This document shows, piece after piece, positions 19,076-28,530 of a DNA stretch of 59,821 nucleotides. Location of the stretch: positions 1-59,821 of the forward strand of contig JBDKRC010000162.1 of assembly GCA_039683575.1 (NCBI GenBank). The letters run 5' to 3'. Each line of letters starts with the position of its first letter. Position 1 is the stretch's first letter. A model generated the notes under the pieces. It was not told where the DNA came from. It did not search any database and saw nothing but the letters and a program-made list of their open reading frames with translations. This stretch comes from Armatimonadia bacterium. GTDB taxonomy: Bacteria > Armatimonadota > Zipacnadia > Zipacnadales > UBA11051. Position numbers and translations under genes: made by a program.

Positions 19076-20572
19076 TCACGACAGCTTCTTCGCCCGCTTG
19101 GCGCCGTCTTCGGCGTCGAAAGCCGGCACTCCGGGTAGCTCCGGCCACCGCATCCGCCATTCGTGCTCCGGCAGCGGCCCCGGCACCAGCCTCACATCAT
19201 ATTTCAGTAGTTCGCCCCGGCGTTCCATTGGGTCCAGTGCCAGCGGCGTCACGCCCTGCCGCGCCGCCAGGGCCGCGATGATTCCGCACGAGTACCCCGC
19301 CGCCTGACAGGTCACACTCGCCCGGACGCGGTAGCCGTCCGCCGCGCACTTCCCCGCCACGAGTACACTCTCGACGCCCTTCGGCACAAACATCCCCAGC
19401 GGCAGGCCGACTGCGCGCTGGCCGCCTGCGAGGCAAATCACGTCCTCTCGCTGCTCCAGCGGCTCGTCAATGCGCTCGGTCAGCCTCGCTTCGCCCACGA
19501 TCTCCCGCCCGCCCCGCGGCATCGTCTGCGCTCCCATTGTCCGTACCACTGCCTTCTCAAAGCCCGGCAGGTACTTGCGCAGGAAGGCCAGGAACTCATA
19601 GGCGTACGTCCGCGCAGCCACCTCGGCCTTCGTGACCGCACGGGGGGCGCTCGGGTCGAGGCCTGTGATCATGCACACATTGGCCGTCACCGTGTCCGCC
19701 CCATGCCACGGCTCGGGCCAGAAGCCGTCCCAGCCGTACCGAATCTGCCCGCCTCCGGGCAGGTCGCGCAGCATCACCAGGTCTCCTGCCTCCACAGCCG
19801 CCCGTATCTGCGGGCGGAAGGGCCACGCCCGCCGCCGCCCCTCCAGCCACTCACTCCAGTAGGTATCCTGCTCCAGCTCCTCCGCGCTCATCGCCAGCCG
19901 CTCGGCAAGCCACGCGTTCCACTCCGGGTCCTCCTCAGGGCACTGGTCGAGGAACTCCTGGTAGCGCCCCAGGTCCACCAGCCCCATCTCAAACAGCAGC
20001 CCCCAGGAGCGGTGAGTGCCGGTCTCTATCGCCGCACCCAGCGCCTCGGCTACGTCGGCCTCGCCGGTGCAATCCACCACCTCACGCCCCCGCACGGCGT
20101 AGCGGCCACCCTTGGCCTCAAAGATCACGTCCACGCCACCCTCGGCCGCCGGGCGGGCTGTGCTGAAACGTGCATGCAGCCACAGCTCGACGCCCGCCTC
20201 TTCGAGCATCTGCAGCGACACCCACCCTGCGTGCTCGTGACGGTAGAAGATCGAGTGCCCGGCGTCCAGCGCCTCCTGCCGGTTGGCGTACGGTGTCGCG
20301 CCGGCCGCTATCACCCGGTCGAGCAGTTCTAACGGCGCCCCGCCCACGATGGGCCGCCCGTGTTCGTCCACATAGCGGTTCCCGAAGTGCCCCATCAGCC
20401 CCATGTTGACCGCCCCGCCAACGCTGCCGAAGCGCTCGATCAGGCACACCCGCGCCCCAGCCCGCGCCCCGCCTACGGCCGCCATGACGCCCGCCGTGCC
20501 CCCTCCCACGACGACCACGTCGAATTCGCCCGCCAGCGGCACGTCGCGCTGCGGCTCATGGACCACACTCAT
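19076..20572 (-). CDS. FAD-dependent oxidoreductase (FAD_oxidored type)
   Basis: DVVVVGGGTAGVMAA, VDCTGEADV, VLVAGKC. Confidence 0.88.
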   Translation of the reverse strand: MSVVHEPQRDVPLAGEFDVVVVGGGTAGVMAAVGGARAGARVCLIERFGSVGGAVNMGLMGHFGNRYVDEHGRPIVGGAPLELLDRVIAAGATPYANRQEALDAGHSIFYRHEHAGWVSLQMLEEAGVELWLHARFSTARPAAEGGVDVIFEAKGGRYAVRGREVVDCTGEADVAEALGAAIETGTHRSWGLLFEMGLVDLGRYQEFLDQCPEEDPEWNAWLAERLAMSAEELEQDTYWSEWLEGRRRAWPFRPQIRAAVEAGDLVMLRDLPGGGQIRYGWDGFWPEPWHGADTVTANVCMITGLDPSAPRAVTKAEVAARTYAYEFLAFLRKYLPGFEKAVVRTMGAQTMPRGGREIVGEARLTERIDEPLEQREDVICLAGGQRAVGLPLGMFVPKGVESVLVAGKCAADGYRVRASVTCQAAGYSCGIIAALAARQGVTPLALDPMERRGELLKYDVRLVPGPLPEHEWRMRWPELPGVPAFDAEDGAKRAKKLS

Positions 20573-20608
20573 GGGAAGCTATCTCCTGCAGGGGATGATC
20601 CGAGTGGA

Positions 20609-23047
20609 CTACTTCAGGGTGACTATCGTGACGCCTTCGCCGCCCTCATTGTAGGGGGCGATGCCAAAGCTCTTTACCGCCTTGTGACTGCGCAGGTACT
20701 TCTGCAGGCCCTGCCGCAGGGCTCCCGTCCCCTTACCATGCAGTACCCGTACCTCGCTTACCCCCGAAAGCTGCGCGTCGTCAAAGTACTTCTCAAGCTC
20801 CGTGATCGCCTCATCCACCGTGGTCCCACGCAGGTCGATCTCCGGCTCGAAGGTCGGCGCCTTGCGCATCTGCATCGTGTGCGCCAGCCGCCGCGCCTCC
20901 TCCGACACCTCCGGCTCCAGCGGCTCAAGGTCACTCGCCAGGCTCTCAACCCGCATTCGGCCCACTTCGACGAGGAACAGGTTCTCCTTCAGGCGTTGCA
21001 CCACTTGCCCTTCGCGACCCAGCGAATGTACCCGCACGCGCTGCCCCGTCTCAATGGCTATGGGCGCGACAGGAGCCTTGGGAAGCTCAGGCGTGGGCGG
21101 GGCAGAGGGTTCCGGAGGCATGGCCTTCTGCGCCTCGGCGGCCCGCTCCCTCGCTTCGCGCTCAATCTGCTCGCGCAGCTTCGCAACCTGCTGCCGCTTC
21201 TCCTCAGTCACCTTCGACTGCCGCGGTTGCTTCTGCAACTCCGCAATGATCCGCCGCGCCTCTTCCTCGGCCTTGCGCACAATGTCGAGGGCCTGGTCGA
21301 ACCCGGACTCCATCGCCTCCGCCCGGCGGCTCTCGAGGTCCTCCAGGTTCTTCGCATACTCCTTGCGCAGCTTCTCCAGGTCCCGCTGGGCCTTGGTAGC
21401 CTGCTTGCGCTCGCGGTCCAGGTCGGCCTGGCTCTGGCGCATCTCTCTCAGTGCATCCTCAACGCTCACCCGCTCGCCGCCGAGATACTCCCGCGCCAGC
21501 CGCGTCAGCCGCTTCGGCAGCCCCAGCCGCTGTGCTATATCGAGCGCGTTGCTGCTGCCCGGCTGCCCGATCAGCAGCCGGTACGTCGGCTGCAGCGTCT
21601 TGATGTCGAATTCCACCGAGGCATTCTCCATGCCCTCGGTGGCGTAGGCAAAGACCTTCAGATCATTGTAATGCGTGGTCGCGACCGTCCGGCAGCCCGT
21701 CTCGTGAAGCTCCTCAAGTATCGCCTGCCCCAGCGCCGAGCCCTCGGCCGGGTCGGTCCCCGCGCCGAGTTCGTCGAGCAGCACCAGACAGTTCATTCGC
21801 TCCGCACTGGCTTGCGCTTCCTGTCTCCTGCGCCACGCGTCGGCGCGGCTGATGATTTTGATGATCTGCGTCAAATGCGAACTGAAGGTTGAGAGCGACT
21901 GCTCCAGGCTTTGCTCGTCGCCGATGTCGGCCCAGACGCTCTCGAAGACATTGATCTCCGACCCCGGGCCCGCGGGAATATGCAGCCCCGACTGTGCCAT
22001 CAGCGTCAGCAGCCCCACCGTCTTGAGCGAGACCGTCTTCCCGCCGGTGTTCGGCCCTGTGATCAGCAGCGTGTCAAACTTGTCGCCGATCCAGAAGTCA
22101 ATCGGCACGGCCTTCCCCGGTAAGAGCGGGTGTCGGGCCTGCCGCAGGCTCACAACCCCATCCTCGCGCACCAAAGGCTCGCTCCCGTCCATGCTCCGCG
22201 ACAGCCGTCCCCGGGCGGCGATGAAGTCCAGCACCGCCAGATTCGCCAAGTCCTGCCCCAGGTCCCCCGCCGCCGCACCCACGTGCAGCGTCAGTTCCCG
22301 CAGGATGCGCTTGATCTCGTTGACTATCTCAATCTCGACCTCGCGCATCTCATTGCCGATCTGCACGATCTCCATGGGCTCGATGAAGACGGTTGCCCCG
22401 CTGTCGGAGCGGTCATGCACGATGCCTGGGACCTGCGACTGCTTCTCACTGCGCACCGGCAGGCAGAACCGCCCCTCGCGCTGCACGATCATCGGGTCCT
22501 GCAGAAGCTCGCGGCTCATCGCCGCGCGCATGATCCCATCCATGCGCTCCCGCCCGCGGCCTTCGAGCACCCCCTGCCGCGAGTACAGCCGCGACAGGTC
22601 CTGCGACGCGTTCCGCCGCACCTCCCCATCCTCATCCAGCACGCGCTCGATCTCCTCGCGCAGCTTCGACTGGTCCGATAGCTGCTGCACGAGCCCATAC
22701 AGGTCCGGCGCCAGCTCCTCGGCCTCCTCGAAGTACTTCTGCAGCCGCTCGGCGCAGTAGATCAGCGCGCCGATCGCGAGGAACTCCGTCCCCGACAGTG
22801 CCACCTGCGCGCGCGACTTCTGCAACTGCTCTGATACGTCCGTCAGCCCACCCAGCGGCATCGTGCCATACCGGGAGATGGTTGCCGCCGCCTGTGTGGT
22901 CTCCCGCAGGCGCGCCCGCACGACCTCCGCCCGCGTCTCAGGCTGCAGCCTCAACGCCCGCTGCTTGCCCAGCGAAGAAGCCGCGCAATCGGCCAGCAGG
23001 CCCAGCACCTTGCCATATTCAAGTACTCGAAGTGTTCGTTCGTCCAT
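20609..23047 (-). CDS. mutS2: Endonuclease MutS2
   Basis: ITGPNTGGKT, DIGDEQSLEQSLSTFSSH, LLDELGAGTDP, C-terminal Smr domain (HGKGTG). Confidence 0.97.
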   Translation of the reverse strand: MDERTLRVLEYGKVLGLLADCAASSLGKQRALRLQPETRAEVVRARLRETTQAAATISRYGTMPLGGLTDVSEQLQKSRAQVALSGTEFLAIGALIYCAERLQKYFEEAEELAPDLYGLVQQLSDQSKLREEIERVLDEDGEVRRNASQDLSRLYSRQGVLEGRGRERMDGIMRAAMSRELLQDPMIVQREGRFCLPVRSEKQSQVPGIVHDRSDSGATVFIEPMEIVQIGNEMREVEIEIVNEIKRILRELTLHVGAAAGDLGQDLANLAVLDFIAARGRLSRSMDGSEPLVREDGVVSLRQARHPLLPGKAVPIDFWIGDKFDTLLITGPNTGGKTVSLKTVGLLTLMAQSGLHIPAGPGSEINVFESVWADIGDEQSLEQSLSTFSSHLTQIIKIISRADAWRRRQEAQASAERMNCLVLLDELGAGTDPAEGSALGQAILEELHETGCRTVATTHYNDLKVFAYATEGMENASVEFDIKTLQPTYRLLIGQPGSSNALDIAQRLGLPKRLTRLAREYLGGERVSVEDALREMRQSQADLDRERKQATKAQRDLEKLRKEYAKNLEDLESRRAEAMESGFDQALDIVRKAEEEARRIIAELQKQPRQSKVTEEKRQQVAKLREQIEREARERAAEAQKAMPPEPSAPPTPELPKAPVAPIAIETGQRVRVHSLGREGQVVQRLKENLFLVEVGRMRVESLASDLEPLEPEVSEEARRLAHTMQMRKAPTFEPEIDLRGTTVDEAITELEKYFDDAQLSGVSEVRVLHGKGTGALRQGLQKYLRSHKAVKSFGIAPYNEGGEGVTIVTLK

Positions 23048-23088
23048 GGTTCAAGCGTTTCGGTTCCTGGAGTGCCACATGCATCGGT

Positions 23089-23174
23089 CAAAATGGGGAC
23101 GGAGCCCCTGCGCCGAATCATGGTTTCGGTGAGCCGAGAGGTAGCGTCGGCGCGGGGGCTCCGTCCCCATTTTG
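23089..23174. repeat. Palindromic MITE/REP-like element, family P copy 1
   Basis: CAAAATGGGGACGGAGCCCCTGCGCCGA ... TCGGCGCGGGGGCTCCGTCCCCATTTTG; second copy at 50817-50904. Confidence 0.85.
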
Positions 23175-23244
23175 GTCAACACGCTATCGCAGCAAGTCCG
23201 TCTGTTTTCCGTTTGCCGTTCTTCTGTTTTCGCCGTCCAGCCTC

Positions 23245-24288
23245 TTACAGCCCCAGCCGCGTCCGGTGCACCTCTATCGTTGCCTCCAACTGCTCATCCA
23301 CCCGTCTCGTCGCTTCGGGATGCACCTGGACCTCCCCGGCCTCCGGCTCCAACAGCGGCCGCCCCAGCAGCGCCAGGGCCGTGTTCTCCACCCCGTGGGC
23401 CAGCGCCTTGGCCGCGTAGCCACCTTCCAGGATGATACACAGGCGCCCCTCGCACAACTCCTGCGCCAGCGTCACCATCCGGGCGGTGATCTCGTGGTAA
23501 GCGTCGGTGGTCAACTCGTGGTGCGCCACCGGATCGGTGTGGTGCCCGTCATACCCCGCCGATACCACCAGTAGCTCCGGCTTGTACTGCCGTAGCGCCG
23601 GGATAATGACCTCATCCAGCGCCCGCAGATAGTGCCGGCCCTGCGCGCCTCGCGGCAGCGGTATGTTCACATTCCTTCCCGCGCCCGCGTCCACGCCCAC
23701 CTCATCAACCGTCCCCGTCGCTGGGAACAGTTCCAACTCATGGATAGAGGTATAGAACACGTCGCCCCGATGGTAAAAGATGTCCTGGGTGCCGTTGCCA
23801 TGGTGCACGTCCCAGTCCACGATTGCCACGCGTGTCAGGTCATGGTGTACCGCAAACTCCGCCGCCAGCGCGGCGTTGTTCAGAAAGCAGAACCCCATGG
23901 CGCGGCTGGGCAGGGCATGATGCCCCGGCGGCCGTACGAGGCACAGGGCGTTGTCCACTCCGCCCTCGATCATGTCCTCCACGGCGCTCATGCAGCTTCC
24001 GGCCGCCACCGTCGCCGCGCCCCAGGTGGCCCAATTGGCCACGGTGTCCATGTCCAGGGCCGCGCCGCCGGAGTTTGAGATCGCCTGAAGCTCTTCCAGG
24101 TAGTCGTCATCGTGCAGCCAGAGCAGTTGGTCCTGCTCGGCCGGGTACGTATCCAGTTCCTCAAGCTCATCCCAGAGCCCATTGCCCTGCAGTCGTGCCA
24201 GGATGGCTTCCAGGCGGGCACGGTTCTCGACATGCCACGTCTCACCATGCTCAAGGAATATCTCGTTGTAGATCCTGCCGGTTGCCAT
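23245..24288 (-). CDS. Histone deacetylase family (Zn-dependent) deacetylase
   Basis: RPPGHHA, GFCFLNN, DWDVHHGNGTQ, SAGYD, LEGGY; GGAGG RBS before ATG 24288. Confidence 0.95.
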   Translation of the reverse strand: MATGRIYNEIFLEHGETWHVENRARLEAILARLQGNGLWDELEELDTYPAEQDQLLWLHDDDYLEELQAISNSGGAALDMDTVANWATWGAATVAAGSCMSAVEDMIEGGVDNALCLVRPPGHHALPSRAMGFCFLNNAALAAEFAVHHDLTRVAIVDWDVHHGNGTQDIFYHRGDVFYTSIHELELFPATGTVDEVGVDAGAGRNVNIPLPRGAQGRHYLRALDEVIIPALRQYKPELLVVSAGYDGHHTDPVAHHELTTDAYHEITARMVTLAQELCEGRLCIILEGGYAAKALAHGVENTALALLGRPLLEPEAGEVQVHPEATRRVDEQLEATIEVHRTRLGL

Positions 24289-24296
24289 TCGTCCTC

Positions 24297-24325
24297 CGCG
24301 TAGGTGGGTTCGTCTCGAACCCACA
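24297..24325 (+). repeat. GTAG-type REP, family A variant
   Basis: cgcGTAG-GTGGGTTCG-tct-CGAACCCAC-a. Confidence 0.75.
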
Positions 24326-24468
24326 CCGCCGCAATCCCGCGTACTCGGGCTCTCGCCCCCTCCGCCCTGGAGGGGCCGCATGCACAGCCTCATCGTGCAT
24401 CCGGCCCAGCCGCTATCTCCTCTCCCTCCCCATCCTCCAGTCCTTACATCCTGTTAGCGCCGTTTCTC

Positions 24469-25311
24469 CTACCCGCCCGCCTCCGCCAGCGCCTTCTTCA
24501 GCGTCTCCAGCCCCTTGGCTGCGTGCTCGCAGGCGTCCATCTTGAAGTCGAAGACCTCAATCGAGCAGTACCGCTGATAGTTGATGTCCAGCAGCGCCTT
24601 CATGATCGGCACGAAGTCCAGTTCACCCAGACCGGGCGCCAGGCCATTGTGGTCGTTGCAGTGATAGTGGAACAGGTAGTCCTTCGTCGCGCGGATCGCC
24701 GCCGGCAGATCGGTCTCTTCCTTGCTGCCGCTATAGGTATCGAGAATGACGCCGACGTTCGGCAGATTGATCTCTTGCGCCATTTTGCGGGCTTCCTCGG
24801 CGCGGTGGATGAAGTTGTTGCCTGTGCCCGTGAACAGCGGTTCGATGCAGACCTTGAAGTCCGCCTCCTGCCCAACCCGCCCCGCTGCCGCCATGGCCTG
24901 CTTGAACCACTCCCACGCCTGCTCGTACGTGACGCCCTCCTTGATCGCCCGCTGCTTTGGCGAGCCGACCACCATCATCTTGCCGCCAATGGCGATCCCG
25001 AAGCGCACGAGGTCCTCAAAGTACGCAACGGTGCGGGCGCGGACCTCGGGGTCCGGATCGGTGCCATGCAGCCCCGTGGGGCCGATCAGCAGCCAGTGAA
25101 TGCCGCAAACCTCAACACCGGTCGCCTTCGACGCCTCCAGCACCTCGGCGATCTGCTCGGGCGTGATCTGCTGCACCAGATCATTGAGCGTAAAGGGCGA
25201 TATCTCAATGCCGTCAAAGCCCATGTCCCGCGTCGCCTCGAACTGCTTCTGGATCGTCCACTTCTCCTTGTCCTCGTAGAAGAATATCTCATTGCAAATA
25301 GCGAATTTCAT
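24469..25311 (-). CDS. Sugar phosphate isomerase/epimerase (D-psicose/D-tagatose 3-epimerase-like TIM barrel)
   Basis: GFDGIEI, CIEPL, ILDTY, HYHCND, APGLG, SIEVF. Confidence 0.88.
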   Translation of the reverse strand: MKFAICNEIFFYEDKEKWTIQKQFEATRDMGFDGIEISPFTLNDLVQQITPEQIAEVLEASKATGVEVCGIHWLLIGPTGLHGTDPDPEVRARTVAYFEDLVRFGIAIGGKMMVVGSPKQRAIKEGVTYEQAWEWFKQAMAAAGRVGQEADFKVCIEPLFTGTGNNFIHRAEEARKMAQEINLPNVGVILDTYSGSKEETDLPAAIRATKDYLFHYHCNDHNGLAPGLGELDFVPIMKALLDINYQRYCSIEVFDFKMDACEHAAKGLETLKKALAEAGG

Positions 25312-25447
25312 GCCACTACTCCCTACTCTGATTGTGTCCCCAATGTACTCGGTCCCTAACGCACTTGGGGCCCTAACACTCGTGGACCCCTAAAGCTCTC
25401 GTGGTCCCTGGGAGGGCTCTCCAGAGCCCGAAATTCCCCCGCTGCCA

Positions 25448-26008
25448 CTACCCTGTGTCATCCTGAGGTGCGCCGTTTGCGACGAAGGATCTCTCCCGCC
25501 GCCTCTCTAACGCCTCGAAAGTATACAGGAACACGAAAGCGATCACCCCGGACTGCCAGCCGATCAGCCCGCCGCCGATCAGGTAGAAATCCACCAGCGC
25601 GGCCACTTGACGGTAGGCGAAGGCCAGCACCAGCGCCGCCGGTGCCGGGGCCAGGATGATGATGATAATCGTCCCCAGCAGCAGATGCAAGAGCCGCCGG
25701 GCAAGCGGCACCGGCTGCCTGCCTGCCGTGGGGCAGTCCGCTGCCCTGGCGCCCAACGGCTCCCGTAGCAAGGCCCTCGACAGCAGCGCCGCCAGCCAGC
25801 CGCCAGTCAGCGCTCCTCCCAGCCACAACACCCCCAGTTCCCACAGGTAGAACCCCGCCGAGCGGCTGAGCCCGGCATTCCCCGTCCGTTGCGCCTCAAC
25901 GGTCAGCCAAACCAATGGTGCCGCCGCTACGAGGCCCATTGCAGCCCCCAGACCGGTCGCTACAAGTTCCAGATGCGCCAGCCGTAACGCCCGCTCTTGG
26001 TCTCTCAT
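25448..26008 (-). CDS. Hypothetical membrane protein (about 4 TM)
   Basis: Hydrophobic helices; ATG 12 nt from a GAATAT motif; C-terminus runs into a repeat remnant. Confidence 0.55.
   Translation of the reverse strand: MRDQERALRLAHLELVATGLGAAMGLVAAAPLVWLTVEAQRTGNAGLSRSAGFYLWELGVLWLGGALTGGWLAALLSRALLREPLGARAADCPTAGRQPVPLARRLLHLLLGTIIIIILAPAPAALVLAFAYRQVAALVDFYLIGGGLIGWQSGVIAFVFLYTFEALERRRERSFVANGAPQDDTG
25456..25493 (+). repeat. Half-unit of the GTCATCCTGAG...GAAGGATC repeat family
   Basis: TGTCATCCTGAG-gtgcgccgtttgcga-CGAAGGATCTC; related unit on the minus strand near 50944-50971. Confidence 0.55.
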
Positions 26009-26014
26009 GGGGTC

Positions 26015-26043
26015 ATATTCCCCTTTCAGGTCTGAAAGCCTGC
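26015..26043 (-). promoter_or_regulatory. SigH-like promoter motif, apparently leaderless
   Basis: GCAGGC-N17-GAATAT-N6-ATG. Confidence 0.45.
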
Positions 26044-26073
26044 AAAAAATGAAACCAAATTAGAGATTAGATG

Positions 26074-26102
26074 TTGTGCATATCCTGAGTTTTGGGTATA
26101 TT
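26074..26102 (+). promoter_or_regulatory. Putative sigma70-type promoter in AT-rich spacer
   Basis: TTGTGC-N17-TATATT. Confidence 0.4.
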
Positions 26103-26157
26103 AACTCAATTACCCACCATTGTTGGTGGTCATTTTCTCGAAGTGAGGCACACGATC

Positions 26158-26811
26158 TTGAAGCGCGGTTTTACGCTCATCGAATTGTTGGTCGTTATCG
26201 CAATCATTGCGATTCTCGCTGCTATCCTGTTTCCGGTCTTCGCCAAGGCCCGGGAAAAGGCTCGGCAGTCCAGTTGTTTGAGCAACGTCAAGCAGATGAT
26301 GCTCGGCGTACTGTCCTACGCCCAGGATTATGACGAACGTTTGCCGTTCCAGTGGGAGAACATCACCGCTGCGCCGCACACCCCTCCCGGGCAGGCGGCC
26401 GCTACGACCTACTATACTTTCCCCGAGTTCCTTATGCCGTATACCAAGAACGACCAGATCTTCCAGTGCCCGTCCAAGCAGTTTGCGACGATGAACGCGC
26501 CCTATCTGACCTACCCGACAGCGTATGTCTACAATTCCAAGCTCGCGGGCCAGGCGCAGGGCGTAGTCATGCAGCCAGCCAACACTATCGCCATATTCGA
26601 CGGTTGGGGCGCGATGGACACCGGTGGCTGGACTGATGTCAGTCTCGCCAACACCATCAGCGGAACGCCCGACGCCTTCGCGACAGCGGCCGTCTGTACC
26701 ACCGTCCGCCGCCACAATGACGGCGCCAACGTGGGCTTCGTTGACGGCCACGCCAAGTGGCTCAACCGCGCGACCGCCAGCCAGATCACACCGGCTGAGG
26801 ACCCCGACTAA
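26158..26811 (+). CDS. Prepilin-type N-terminal cleavage/methylation, DUF1559-like, H-X9-DG protein (copy 1)
   Basis: [36 protein letters not shown] ... YAQDYDE ... [20 protein letters not shown] start inferred. Confidence 0.92.
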   Translation: MKRGFTLIELLVVIAIIAILAAILFPVFAKAREKARQSSCLSNVKQMMLGVLSYAQDYDERLPFQWENITAAPHTPPGQAAATTYYTFPEFLMPYTKNDQIFQCPSKQFATMNAPYLTYPTAYVYNSKLAGQAQGVVMQPANTIAIFDGWGAMDTGGWTDVSLANTISGTPDAFATAAVCTTVRRHNDGANVGFVDGHAKWLNRATASQITPAEDPD

Positions 26812-26833
26812 CCAACTTCGAGACCGTACCGAC

Positions 26834-26865
26834 AGCCGCCCCCAGACATGGGGGCGGCTTTTTTT
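26834..26865 (+). terminator. Intrinsic terminator
   Basis: AGCCGCCCCCA-gaca-TGGGGGCGGCT-TTTTTT. Confidence 0.88.
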
Positions 26866-26878
26866 CTTTGGGATGTTG

Positions 26879-26908
26879 GCAGGAAGAGGCCCGTGGGGAC
26901 GCGAATAC
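26879..26908 (+). promoter_or_regulatory. SigH-like promoter motif
   Basis: GCAGGA-N18-GAATAC immediately after a terminator. Confidence 0.55.
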
Positions 26909-26950
26909 TCACGTTCGCTGCACATCACGGTCCCGAGGGAGAGAGATCAG

Positions 26951-27631
26951 ATGAAACGTTCCGGCTTTACGCTAATTGAGTTACTGGTTGTGATCGCGAT
27001 CATCGCCATTCTGGCTGCGATACTGTTCCCGGTATTCGCCAAAGCCCGCGAAAAGGCACGCCAGACCAGTTGTCTGAGTAACATCAAACAGATTGCCGTC
27101 GGCTTGCTGTCCTACGCCCAGGATTACGACGAGCGCTTGCCGGTCAAGTGGTGGTCCTATACCCACATCCCTGCTGGCTATACCATGACCACCAGCTACA
27201 TGACCTGGGCCGAATGCATCAACCCCTACGTCAAGAACGACCAGCTTTTCCAGTGCGCCTCGCGTCAGTTCTCGCAAGCCCAGATGCCCTACAATACCTT
27301 CCCCTTCGCGTACAACTACAACGGTGCCAACGGGGTGCCCGCCGGCGACCTGCCCTCCTCCGGGTTGGACTGGTGCCCCCTCGGAACTATTGGCTCCCCC
27401 GCCACCACTATCGCGATCTATGACGGTTGGACCATGGATACGTGGTGGGTTGCTGCCGATCAGGCGGCTCTGATCAACCATCAGCCGGGGAGCGTGCCCT
27501 GGAACACAACCCACTGGGACATCGTCTTGCGTCACAACGACGGCGCGAACGTGGCCTTTGTGGACGGCCACGCCAAGTGGCTCAAGTCCGCCACGGCGAG
27601 CATGTTCACCCGAGCGGCCGACCCCGACTAG
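26951..27631 (+). CDS. Prepilin-type/DUF1559/H-X9-DG protein (copy 2)
   Basis: [12 protein letters not shown]...; [17 protein letters not shown]. Confidence 0.92.
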   Translation: MKRSGFTLIELLVVIAIIAILAAILFPVFAKAREKARQTSCLSNIKQIAVGLLSYAQDYDERLPVKWWSYTHIPAGYTMTTSYMTWAECINPYVKNDQLFQCASRQFSQAQMPYNTFPFAYNYNGANGVPAGDLPSSGLDWCPLGTIGSPATTIAIYDGWTMDTWWVAADQAALINHQPGSVPWNTTHWDIVLRHNDGANVAFVDGHAKWLKSATASMFTRAADPD

Positions 27632-27660
27632 CCTTCGGCTTCGGGTGCCCTAGGCAGGGG

Positions 27661-27689
27661 TTTACACGGTAAGCCGTTGGTGGTATACA
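27661..27689 (+). promoter_or_regulatory. Putative sigma70-type promoter
   Basis: TTTACA-N17-TATACA with TG extension. Confidence 0.45.
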
Positions 27690-27735
27690 ACCGGTTGGCA
27701 TAGTCTGTCCAAGATCTCTGAAAGGCGGTCTGGTA

Positions 27736-28341
27736 ATGAAGAGACGTGGCTTCACTCTCATCGAGCTTCTGGTCGTCATCGCGATCATCGCGATTCTAGC
27801 CGCAATCCTGTTCCCTGTCTTCGCCAAGGCCCGTGAAAAGGCACGCCAAAGCAGTTGTCTTAGCAACCTGAAGCAGATCGGCCTCGCCGGCCTGTCCTAT
27901 GCCCAGGACTACGATGAGAAGTGCTGCCCGGGTTACCAGTACTACGGCGCCTGGGGCGACGCCAGCATGCTGGCCTGGTTCCCTGTCTACCTGAACCCCT
28001 ACGTCAAGAACTGGCAGCTCTTCAAGTGCCCCAGCGGTTCCTTCGCCGTCGCTGCCAACAGCGTTGGCCCGGCCTACGACCTCAGCTACGCCAGCAACTA
28101 CTACCAGGGCGAAGCCGCTCCTTGGGATGACACTCTCGGCATGCACCGGGCGGCACTTGGCTCCATTGCGGATCCCGCGAACACCGTCTGGTTCGCCGAC
28201 TGCACCATGGCTTACACTCACAATCGTTCCGTCTCAAAGCGCCACAATGACGGCTTCAACTCCGTTCTGGCCGATGGCCATGCCAAGTGGTACAAGAACG
28301 AGGAGCTGAAGATCAGCTTCTGGACCAAGGCTGCCGACTAG
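27736..28341 (+). CDS. Prepilin-type/DUF1559/H-X9-DG protein (copy 3)
   Basis: [12 protein letters not shown]...; [17 protein letters not shown]. Confidence 0.92.
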   Translation: MKRRGFTLIELLVVIAIIAILAAILFPVFAKAREKARQSSCLSNLKQIGLAGLSYAQDYDEKCCPGYQYYGAWGDASMLAWFPVYLNPYVKNWQLFKCPSGSFAVAANSVGPAYDLSYASNYYQGEAAPWDDTLGMHRAALGSIADPANTVWFADCTMAYTHNRSVSKRHNDGFNSVLADGHAKWYKNEELKISFWTKAAD

Positions 28342-28366
28342 CCCCGGATCCGTAGAACTCTCCAAG

Positions 28367-28396
28367 AGCCTCTTCGTAGCAGAAGAGGCTTTTTTT
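28367..28396 (+). terminator. Intrinsic terminator
   Basis: AGCCTCTTC-gtagca-GAAGAGGCT-TTTTTT. Confidence 0.85.
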
Positions 28397-28404
28397 CTGG
28401 CCAG

Positions 28405-28434
28405 GTAGGAGAATCCGCGCCTCGTGCGGAACTA
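28405..28434 (+). promoter_or_regulatory. SigH-like promoter motif
   Basis: GTAGGA-N18-GAACTA immediately after a terminator. Confidence 0.5.
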
Positions 28435-28530
28435 CCGCCACCTAGTGGCGGCGAACCTCGTAAGCAGAGGCCAAACGGGGGGCCGCCCAACACTCAGGGG
28501 CCCCTCCGATTTTGAAAGGGATGATTGATG

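Noticed and set aside
25335-25412. Possible mini-CRISPR array
   Set aside because: Units are too short and degenerate, there are no proper spacers, and no cas genes are present.
26624-26950. N-terminal extension of prepilin copy 2 in the ORF track, suggesting overlap or fusion with copy 1
   Set aside because: It spans a clear terminator; the real start is ATG 26951 with an RBS and a typical short prepilin leader.
26158-28341. Prepilin triplet as a diversity-generating retroelement or shufflon
   Set aside because: No reverse transcriptase or recombinase, no near-identical template/variable repeat pair, and the differences are not adenine-specific.
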